This document shows positions 46,101-58,100 of a DNA stretch of 64,000 nucleotides, in pieces (the first letter of the stretch is position 1; each line of letters begins with the position of its first letter). The DNA is taken from assembly GCA_035084275.1 (NCBI GenBank), contig CM068760.1, positions 62,001-126,000 on the forward strand. The letters are read 5' to 3'. Source of the stretch: Hydrolagus colliei (lineage: Eukaryota). Under the pieces are notes generated by a model. That model ran no database searches, had not been told where the DNA came from, and saw only the letters and a program-made list of their open reading frames with translations. A program made the position numbers and the translations under genes.

Positions 46101-49100
46101 AGGTGGGAGGGAGGCAGAAGGCACAATCGAAAAGGATGCAAGAGACCCGGGTTCAATTCCAGGCAGAGCGAAACCTTGGGCAAGTTTCTTTACTCCACAT
46201 GCCTAATAATAATTCCTTGAAAAAAACAACCATAAATTGGTTAATATTTTATTATTATGATATATAGTTTGATGAATAGCTGATTTTAAAACGCTGCAAT
46301 TTTCTATATATACTGCAGTAGTGAAAAATCACACTACTGTATATTATAGATAATAAATATACTGTAACAGCAAATAATATAGTGTCCTGACATGAAAGGC
46401 ACTTTATGAATGAAATTTGTTATGGTATGCACAAACCTTTCCCATATTTAAATTTGAACATTTTTCATTCACATTCTGTTCATAGAGCGTCTGCTAGGGA
46501 ACCCTATTCATTACAGATTATATTCTTTACTGAATATTTGCATAATGTTTAAAGGAGCATTGTTTATGCAAATACATTTCCCATCAAATTGCACTGTTCT
46601 TGTTTCTTGAACAACAGCAACGACAACAAAATTACATTTGTAACAGCGTCTTTTGCGTTGGGAGGACATGCCAGGTGTATAACTGTAAATTTCTGTTGTA
46701 TACAAACACGTTGGGGGCAGAGATCACTTTAAAGAATAAGAAAGTGACTTCAAGATACCAGTCTCCTGAGCTCAGATAATGATTTATAATATTATAACCC
46801 CTTGATTAAATTACAGCTTTGCACTCACTCCCACATCCACTATTCTATATTTAATTTCTCCTGATTGAAATGCTACAAAACACACTATCATTAATTGTTT
46901 ATTGGGATGTCCTCCTGATGTGAAAGGTGCTGTACAAGTGTAATTTTGTTGTTGTTGTATTGCCAGTACTATTAGCATGTCAGCAGTTGTCACAAGTTCT
47001 TTGCTATTGGCAAATTGTTAGGTTTGGCCCAGAACCAGTGATTGTGATCTACAGGTGGCCTTCATTAGCTGGTATATATGTTCGTCAGCAAGAAATGTTT
47101 TTGGTTCTGAGGTCTAGTGACTGCCTGTGGCAGATGGCCTTTCTTTTTAGCTCTCACCATATGCCTTTATAACAAGAATTACTGCATGTGTGTGTTTGTG
47201 TGTGTGTAACTACCTTATTTCTGCCCTTCTGCTGCCCTCCTAACTCTCCCCCCTTTCCTACTCTCCTATAAATGTAATTTTCTTGTTGTTGATATTTACT
47301 TATTTTGTAGCCAAACTTTAAACACTAGATTTGTTGTCCCCTCCGTGATTCTGTAACATCAAATCGTTACAACAGCTATCAAAAGGATGTTTTGACTCAA
47401 GTAGCATTTTGTTAGTTATTATTTTAAAAATAAACAGCTGCTTACCAGAGCTGAAGAACCCTAATTGTGTGCAAGCAATTCCAATTTATAACAGACAACA
47501 ATACTCCATTGTTTTATTTGTGCCTGGAATTCATCCTCAATATTTGATGGAAAAGAGAAGAATGAAAAGAAATCCATCATATTTGTCTCTTTTGCTGTGT
47601 TCCTTAGTATTGCCAGTTTAAGTTCAATGTGATACCGTTGGAAATGCATTCTCAGTTTGGCAACTAGAAGTGTTGTTGTTCACGTTTCAAAGCTTGTGTG
47701 TCTGAGGCTCATCCAGATACATAAAATGTACATCATGCTGCCAAAATTAGTCTAGTCTTTTTTTGCATGTGAAATGATGGATTGCCCAGCCTGTTTTGTC
47801 TAGTCGACCGTGTTACTTTCCTAAGAATCCACCTAAAGGAACTGACTCACATCTGTCTGATTGGGCTCTCAATCATTCTCATCCATTTAAATTGAATTGG
47901 AATGAAAGTACCGTATTTTTTAAATGGTTGGTCTCAATTCAAGATTGCAAGTGATGGCCCGGAGACTGGTACAATTTGAAACATCTTAATTATTAATATA
48001 AAATCAATGGGAAAATAAACAATGACGATTTTATAAATACAAAAAACTCCAGTTTGAAACAAGAACAGAAATAGCTGGGAACACTCGGGTCAGGTCAGGC
48101 AATGTAGATTTTATGATCTTTAATTGTATTCTCCCCCTTCCTATAAACTAATTTCAAATGGGATAATTAATTCCCTTGCATTACACTTGACAACATATCT
48201 ACGATCCAGGCTGATTTCTAATTATTTTGAGCTGGTAGTCAATGTGATTCTATTGTTGTAAATCCTAGATGCTTTTCTTCATTCTACATATTCTTCCATC
48301 ATTTCCTAAAATACTGACTTTTTTCCCCACTGCCCATTCTTCCCCCTCCTCTCCTGTAGGTGGTCACTTGTTTTTCCTCTATTGGAGTAAAATTCTGCCA
48401 GTGCCAATCACAATACGAATACAGTGTGAAAAATGAATTTCATAGATTTCTGATTTCTACGAATCTCTTAATTTGGACATTTTAGGGTGGCTGTAGGAAC
48501 CTATCAAGATTTTTTTCAGGTGTTGGTGTTTTACAGTGTACAAATGTTCTAATGCCTCTCATTTCTACTTCATAAATTTTACATGTTACTGTATTTTGAA
48601 AGTTGAAGTTGGTCTTCTGCTCATTGATTTTGTGCTGCTCTACTCTTTTCACCAAGATAAAAGCACCGCATAGTTTATGGTTGTGTGGAATGCTGTTTAA
48701 TATGTTAGTTTGAATGTGTTGCATTTTCAAAATGAACTCCCAAATCACAGTTAAAGAATATCTTTGGTAAATACTTCTACATTATGGATTTTTTGCTTGT
48801 AGTCATTTTCAGAAATGTTTTTAGCGCCGTGTTTACCAATTGAATGAGTAATTTGTCAGCAGTGGGTGGTAGATGGCCAGCGGCCAGCAAAAGCAATTCA
48901 ACTCTAATACTGAATTACTGTGTATAACAATGTATAATGTTCCAAATCATTTGTACACTATTTTCGTCTTGGCACATGTCTGATTGCATTTCAAAGGCAC
49001 CATCTAATTGGTTAAGAGGCTATGAAACTCTGTAGAACTTGCTGCTAAATTCAAGCAATCAAGCATTTGTGATGACTTTGAAACTCAGCTCAGTATGTAA

Positions 49101-52100
49101 TCTATTTGAAATTCATCTAGAGTGTCTGATATTTGTTTGTTTTACTCATTTACCTAAAATTACTTAAAGTTCCCAGCATTTGAATTAGGATTTTCATAAT
49201 TCCCTAATCTGTATGGTATTTTTTGTGTCAATAAAATAGTAATTGGAAAGTTACTAAAATAAGATTTTTTGAGAGAAGAACATATAATTCTGGTGATGGC
49301 TTATTTTTGCTATTCAAGTTCAAGTCTGCAACAAAATACAGTTCATATTTTACAGTGTATCCTGTGAAGCACTTTGAGACCACTCTATAATGTGATAAGA
49401 TGCTATATGAAATGCAACAATTTTTATTATTATGTTAATACATAGGAACATACATAGGAATTAGGAGCGGGAGTAGGCCATTCAGCCAATCAAACCTGCC
49501 CTGCCATTCAATAAGATCATGGCCAATCTTCTAATCTAACTCCATCTGCCCGCCGTATCCCTATATCCCCCTACCTATAAGAAATCTATTAATTTCAGTC
49601 TTGAATATGTTCAAGGACTGAGCATCTACAGCCTTTTGGGGTAGAGAATTCCATAAATTCACTACCCACTGAGTGAAGAAGTTTCCTCAACTCTGTTCAA
49701 AAAGGCTGGCCCTTAATCTTAGACTGTGGCCTCTAGTTATAGATTCTCCACCAGGGGAAACAGTCTCCCATTGCACTCTGTCATGCTCCTTAAACATTTT
49801 ACAGGTTTCTATAAGATCACCTCTAATTATTGTATATTCTAAAGTTTGCTCAACCTATCCTCATAGCTCAACCCCGTCATCCCAGGAATCAACCTTGTGA
49901 ATTTATGCTGCACCACCTCTGAAGTGAACACATCCTTTCTTAAATAAGGAGCCCCAAACTGCACACAATACACTAGGTGCGGTCTCACTAAGGCCCTATA
50001 TAATTGCAGCAAGACTTCCCTACTCGTATATTCTAACCCTTTTGCAATGAATGCCAACATGCCATTAGCCTTCCTAGTTGCTTGCTGTACCTGCATACTA
50101 AGTTTTTGCGAATGTTGTACAAGGATACCCAAATCCCTCTGAACATTAATACTATCTAGTCTCTCCCCCTCTCGAAAATAATCTGCATTTCTGTTTCTAG
50201 TACCTCGATGAATAATTTCACTCTTCCCCACATTATATTCCACATGCCACCTTCTTGCCCACCTAACCTGTCTATATCCCATCGCATTCTTTTTGTGTCA
50301 TCCTTGCAGCTTACTTTGCACCTAGCTTTGTATCATCCACAAATTTAGATATTTTAAGTTCTACGTCTTAATATGGTGTACCCAGGCGAGATAAGGGCAT
50401 TGCAGCTTAATGAGCTAGAAATTATGAATAAAGTAAAAATTCCAATGACACTGAGACTGCTTGTGTAGAAACTGACTGATGTGGCTCACGGTTCACCTTT
50501 GGTGTACTAGGATATGCTGACAGTGTTGCTGAGCTGGGGAAGTGATGACAACCATATACAAGTCTGGGTTTGACAACACTGGTCCAAACTATAGTTTCTC
50601 AAAGTGCTCATTTGTTTGTACCAAAAGTAATGTTTTTAACTGTGCCAAACCATCCAGGAATTTGAGCTGTGTAAAAACAGTGTTTATTAAAAAAAAATTA
50701 AATTGTCAATTCTCATCAAAGCTAACCAAGGCTACAGTAGATTTTAATTTCAGTTTGTCTTCTTTTTTGCAATTTGGTGCTTTAGAAATCTGATTATGGG
50801 ATTTTTAAGCCAGTTTATGTTTACATGAGCTTGTTTATCACTGTGATATTGTACTGGTAAATATGCAGTCCAACACACTGGAGGCACTGGCCTCAGTGTC
50901 AGGACAGATGGCTTTTCCATAACAACAGTAACTTGTCCTGACAGGATTTGGAGGAGGTCTGATGTCGATAATTATCACTACTGATTTGGAACCAGACTGC
51001 AGTGATGCTGTAAACAAGCCCGTTTATCAGTCGTAGATATATGCCATTATTATGTGGCATTTTGTTCTGTGTTCAATTCTGGGCACCACACTTTAGGAAG
51101 GATTTCAAGTCATTGGAGAAAGTACAATGGAGATTTACCAGGATAGTACCAGGAATGATAGACTTCAGTTACGAGGATGGTTAGAAAAATTAGGATTCTA
51201 TTCCTTGGAGCGGTTATGAGGAGATTTAAGGGGGGTGTTTCAAAATTATGGTCAGATTCGATAGGGAGAAACTGTTTTTACTGCGTGGTGAGTCGGTAAC
51301 CAGACAAAACAGTTTTAAAATAGTTACCAAAAGATCTAAAGGGGAGAATTAGTTTCACATAACGAGTTGCTAAAATCTGTAATACAGGATTAGATACAAG
51401 GATTATTTTTAACTGGGTTCTTCAAAAGTGCAGATTCATATTAAGCCACTTTTAAATGTTTTAAGTACTGTATTGTTACACTCATACATAACAACAATAT
51501 CTTGGTATTTACAGATATATTGTATAAACTTTAAATACAGCATATTAAAAATAAATTCTGGCTCAGTGAGTGCTAGGAATACAATCTTAAACGATTTATT
51601 TGGTCGGTTAGGCATCCGTTTCATGTTGTCTAAATTAAATTTCCTATGGTACTATCTGTTTATGCACTTTATCATTTTTCTTTACATGTTGTATGTCTTT
51701 GTGCACTGATTTGAGTCTTGGAATCCTATTCCACAGATCCATGAAAACGTGCTTTGAAAGCCCAAGTGTACCTTAGGCATTTTTGATGTTCAAGCTAAGA
51801 ATGCTTTTTGATAAGGTTACGTTAAGGTTATGTTTCTTATCTTTATTAGTCTCTAATGCATTGTACCATCTACACCTGAAGATAGATGACCCAAGGCCTT
51901 CACCGTTGCTGCTCTGGTACCAGCCACAAGGAAGTGTTGAAATTGATCTTCTCTGGGAAACCAACTGATGCTGCCGCCCCACAAGGCACAGCTGGAATTG
52001 CTGTCAGTGTGGGTGTCGAGCTACGTGGTGGTGGTGTTTGAATGTAATATGGCACGATAGAGCTATAAATAATGGTGGTAATTATTTAAGTGCCAGAGAA

Positions 52101-55100
52101 ATTCTCTGAATTGCTTATTTCGCTTTGATCAGTGTTACAGAAATGCGTGACACCATTGACTATGGAGCACTGTAACAAATTCTAATCTCAGGCCTTGAAC
52201 CCTAAAAGAGTTTTATTTTTGATCCTTAAGAAATCTAGTTCCTGTGGGGAGGAACCTGGCTGCTTTGTGGACCTATCTCAGCAGATTCTACAGTGTGCTT
52301 GAGCCTAAAAGTTTTATGTGAGAATCTTAAGGGTGCAGAGCTGGCTTGTCTTACTCTGTGACACATTACAATAACAAGGCTAGATTCATATAGTTCAACA
52401 ATAACTTGCATTTATATAGCAACATTAACTCAAGGTAGCATCACAGAATGTTTTCATAGAATCAGAAACCCACAGACTTTATTCTGTGTACTAAATCGAA
52501 TTGTTTCTGTGAAACGAATCGAATCTGGTTTTATGGGAGTACTTTTTTATTTAACTTGGAAATTAATAAATGAAACAAAATTATATTTGTAAAGCACCCT
52601 TCACATCAGGAGGACGCCCCCAAAGCGCTAAATATACTTTTAGTCCAGTAGACTGTTTCATCGATCATACCTTATTTTACTCTACATTGAGTAAAAATAT
52701 TTCTCTAAAATAGACTAATATATTGCTCTATAATTTTCTAATTCTAGATGTAGAGGTAATTTGAAGAGTATTTATAGCCTTACAGGATGCATTGTTATCA
52801 CAGAAAAGCATTTGGCAGATTTGGTCATAAAATATTTGCCAAACATAGCGGTTGCTGTTTTCTCTCATCAAAAATAGGAGAAGTACTGAAGTACGATACA
52901 ATGTAATGACATGCATTTCTTACAAAAAAAACTTTAACTGATAGTATGTAGTCAGAATGTTTTGCTTTGTTCCACACATTATGCTTTTTAAATTTAATTT
53001 ACTGTTTGTTAAAGTAACCATGATATTAATAGTATATGCTGTACTAATCACCTCTTAGTACTAAATAAGCACTGAGTATTTTAAGTTTACTGTTGTTTAT
53101 TAGACAGTTCATTGAATAATTAGTTATCAGTGCTATATCTTAAGATAAATGTGTTTCTGTGGTGTGGAGCGGATGCTTTGGGATAGCAGGTGGCTTTATT
53201 TTATATCTATGTTAAACTGCAAATGGGAAATCACAAGGTGTGTCTACATCATGTTCACTTTTAGCTTCATTAAGATGGAAAGTTTTCTTCCCCACCGCGC
53301 CCCTGCAAACTTCAATAAGTTTAGTTTTGTATGTACTGTATTGGAGCTGATCAAATAAGTGGAGAATATTGTTAGCACTGTAGAAACCTCCATTGTAAAA
53401 TTAGTTCCATAAAAACAATGGCCTTGCCAGATTCAAATACTGTAATCCCAGTTCCACCCTATCCTCCTGTAAAAAAAAGTTGTTTGAATCTTATTTCATA
53501 GTAAAATAAATGTAAATTATGTATCTTACATTGTCACAAGATTGTAGTATATGTCTTTTGGCAAGTGACAGGATTGAACACTTGCTATCACTCAAAAGTC
53601 TACTTGACTTTATCCACCTCACAATATAAATGCAACTATCTGCCTGGTATCCAAGTAATCTGAGCAGTATTTCCACTGAATATTTCCATTGTGTTTATAA
53701 ATAAAATGGAGCTTGCAGTCAGCCCATTTTCTCAGGATTGAAGGCTGATTTGAAGGTGAGAGGCACTTGGAGTGCAGTGTGGATGCACGTTAATTGGGTA
53801 TAAGACCAATTTCAAACTGCTGCCAATAGCATCAGCAAACGCAGAAGAAAATTGAATGACAGATTGGTGTGATTATCTAGCTGCCCACTTGCCATATGGC
53901 CGCTACTTAGGAGAGGAGGAAATTGAACTGTCAGTTGTGTATTTTTATTGCTAGGGCTCATCACAATACCAGAAGAGGTAATGAATTCATTTGTATGTGT
54001 GTGTGTGTAAAAAAAGAATGACTTATTTGGGAAGAGTGTCTATGTTGACTGGAATCCACGGTGTCCACATATCTAAAATGAGGCAGTTTTCAGATGATTT
54101 TAGGGAAAAAATAACTTCACTGCAATTTTACAGCTGCCCCTGAGTTTGGAGGAACTTATTTATGAAAAATCCTACTCCTTGTATTCAAGTAAAATGCAAT
54201 TCTCTTTTGATGTGTATTGCAGTACCTTGTTTCAGTTGATTTTCAGCTGTGGTGTGCTACTTTGGCTGTCAGCCAGACTCACACGGGTTACCAAGTATGA
54301 AATGCTTACAGTGGTCTGATTAGGTGGAAAATTGAAGGGATTGTGTGGTAATTGCAGTTTCTAAATACTTACTGTGTAGGAACCAAAAACTGGTAAAGGT
54401 TTCACTGCTTCCTGATTTTCTCAGTAAGTTCCCTTTCTTCCTAATTGACAGATCCATTTCTTGCTGCTTTTCGCACTTTGTTTGCTTTCTCTTATCTTTA
54501 ACACAACCTATTTGACATCATTGAGTTCCAGCTATAACTGAGTAATGGAGTGACAAATCATTTATATATATATATACAGTATAAATCTGTATATACAGTA
54601 TAAATATATACTGTATAAATATATACTGTATAATATGTATGTGTGTGTCACTGAAGGCTTAGAAAGCACAAAGCAATAAAGAGAGGGGGAGGGCCAAAAA
54701 CATGGGGTGCATGCAAAAATGTACGATTTACTTAATTTGTGTCATTGTTATAATAACATCAGTTAGATATTACTATCCAGATCTCTGAAAGCAGAGTTAT
54801 GTAGTTCTGAATAAATCATAGCTAGGGTAAACCCTGCTGCTTTTACAGATCTGATGGTCCAAATGATTATTGTGTAATGGAAGTGTTTTGTGTAGCTAAA
54901 GCAGCTAAGTATTGGCACTGGGTCTTATATTTCTCTTGGCAATTTGGTTGCAGTTTTGTTTTTTTTGTAGCAAAGTAAACCAAGTACTGTAGTACCAAAG
55001 TAGTGCAACTAACAGCATTAACTATTAGTGTTGTACAAAACGAGCTTGTTATGAGATAATTTAGGATTTTTATTGCCAGATGTTTTTTTTACACGTCAAG

Positions 55101-58100
55101 TGGAATTAGTAATGGGTATTACTACAGTTCCTACACGTATCTGCCAGTGTTTTTATCAGTTCAGTTTAGCTTTGTGCGCTTCAACCATTATCATCAAATC
55201 TCAGATGAAAATGAGAAAGCTTCTTGTGAATCCTGTCAAATAATAATCCTTGCATTTGATTCAGCACGTTTCACATTGGGAGGACATCTCATTGTACTTC
55301 ACAGGATTTACTGGAAAGTGTAGTGACTGTGTATATTTTAGGCAAACATTGTTTCAATGATATATTAAGTCTTTGTGATACAAGAGGAAAAATAACTTTA
55401 ATATTAGATGTGATGATGAGCTGTAAACTTGACACATTGTTGAGGTGGGTTATCGTAGCATAAATTGTGTTTGTATTTCTATATACAGTACAGTTTTTTT
55501 AAAATAAAGGTGAAAATACCTATTGTGTAGAATTTGGAATTCTCCATCCTCAAATTCTACATTAAATCTCTGGTTATTTGTCATACTGTAAGAAATTTCT
55601 TTGAAAATGATCTAATCAAGGATGTTTGTACATGGGAGTAAAATGTACTGATTAATCAATCAATCAATCAATCAAAACTTACATTTATATAGTGCCTTTC
55701 ACGTCGAGAGGACATCCCAATCTATCTTAAGATGGATATACTGATGCAAGTTCAGTTACAGAGTCTCACACATAACCCCTAAAGAGACAATTTGATCAGC
55801 CCCTTTGCTGGCCTCAGCTCTGGCTGAGAATGATTCAGACAGATGGGGGCACAGTGACTAAAGTATCTCATTGCACCTCAATGGTATTGCCCTCTGATTG
55901 TGAGGAGGGAATATTGATAACATAATACAAACAATGATTAATTTGTATCCTAGAGTATGTGTGTTTAAGGCACACTTTGTTTTCTTTAGTGTTTAGAATT
56001 GATTTCTTGATTATTCAATTTGCAAATGCTAAAAAGAGCAAATGTATTTAGTTTTAGTAATACAATCCAGAAATTGACAAGAATAAAAATAATGTTTCAA
56101 AATTTCACATTAAGTTCTTTTTACAGTAAGAGCAATTTTTTGGGGGGAGGAAGGAGGTCGATGATGAATTTGAATAAACAATAACAACTTCGATTTATGT
56201 AGCGCCCTCCACACCGGATGGCGTCTCAGAGCGCTTCAACCCATAAATCTGATTAAACCCATTAATCTGATTCTCACCAGTTTCCATTGGCTCCCAATAC
56301 CCTAGTGATACACTACAACATTTACCTATACAAGTTGTTGCTTGGTATATTTGTTGAAGTAGGCATTACAGAAAGACTTTGCTGCTCATATTTACAGCAA
56401 ATATCTACAGTTTTGTAATCGATTTTGTTGTTGAAAGTAATCAAATCCTTTGCCGGTAAATCATATTTCCAGTAACACTTGTATTTTTCTTTCCCGACAG
56501 GTATTGATTATAAAACAACCACTATCTTGTTAGATGGACGTCGAGTGAAATTGCAACTCTGGTAAGTGCCTTGTCACAGTAATTGGCAGAAACGACTCTG
56601 TGTTTATTCTTTGCATCAGTACCAATGTTAACCATGGCGCTTTGTACAATCAGGTTTTCCCAAATGAATAGGTGTGCTAAATTCTAATTACTGCATTCAG
56701 CACAAATATTGAATATAGCTTTATATATAGAATGTAGCTTTAGACTGCAATATACTGTAGTCTCTAAAAGCGCCTTAACTAGGAGTTGCATTTGAACTGT
56801 GAGATTTAAATTGGCAAATGTAAGTGGGTTAACTATATGAAAGACTAGAGTCTTCAAATAAATTTTTATTTAAATCATTGAATTCTTCCAAATGACTGTT
56901 GTGTACCCTGCTCGAGTGCAAATCTTAGGCTGGCAGTGACATATATATATATATATATATATGTAAAATTGTTATTGTATAGATGTATGTGACTTCATTT
57001 CAAAGTACAGTAGTTATTTTATAATCTGATATATTTGGGTTTCATTTCTCCAGTTTTCTTCTCCAGGGGGCAAATTGAAGAATCTAAATTCATGCTTGTT
57101 CAGATTTATGTCAATCCATTTTTTTTAAGTAGATGCTTTGGAACAAAATATGTTTCGGAATAAAAATTGTTTGTTAGCTGCTTAATGCAACGTGAGTGTT
57201 TGTTTTAAAGTGGGCGATGGGAAATTTGTTTTTACCAAACCTACCTCCTAATTTTATTTTACAGTTAAGTTGTCAGTAGAAACTAACCGATTTGCACCAG
57301 CTAGTCATGTGCTCGTGATTGTTGGCTGTGTAATGTTGAACTGTTTGATTTAGTTCACTGTAATACAAAATAAACTAGGATGAATGACTGAGGATGTAGC
57401 AGAATGTCGGCATAATGGGAATCTAGTAAATGCTTTCCTTTTTCTCTGGACGCAGTCCAGTTTATCCTGATTGGTAAATTGACTCAATGAGTTCAGTTGA
57501 AACAAACTGATCAGTATTCTTAGACTTGATGTTTCTGAACACATAATCTATGAGAATCCCAAATCTGGGCAGCATGCCAGAACACTGGATAACTCCTACA
57601 TAAAAGGCAGCAGCCTGTTAAAGTGATTAAAATTATTACATGAGAAGGAAGAATTATGAACTACGAATCTTGGAGAACATATTGCGAGATAGTGATTTCT
57701 TCATCTGGAAACTGTGAAGCAGTTTGCCAGAAATTGATCTAACGCACAACAGAGTATTTTGAAGCAATGCTGAATGTTGGATATCACCAGTCGGTGATTA
57801 TTACTCTTATACTAAACACTTGCTTTATTTCAATGATAATCAGAACTATTCTGACAACCAAGAGTTTACCATTCAGTAGATTTTACATGTATTTACCAAG
57901 CCTTGCATAATTTTTGGTAGTGCCAGGAGCTAAGATGGGATGTGTTGTCAAAATGAATGCTCTTTCTCGCTTTGTGTCAAATGGTTAGGGTTATTAATTT
58001 CACTAACCCCAGGTTGCAGAATAAGATAGAAGTAAATATCACTATTTAGTCCATTGATTTCCGATCCCGCCTTGTTGTTGAAAAAGTTCCATAAATATCA

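Noticed and set aside
52214-52255. IFDP and LWGG codons resembling the missing FN3KRP motifs
   Set aside because: Wrong order, different frames, no HGD and inside RAB40B intron 1; coincidental
55795-55910. Possible LF-SINE-like or other ancient SINE remnant (also ~19500-19630)
   Set aside because: Similarity from memory is too weak to support without a Dfam search
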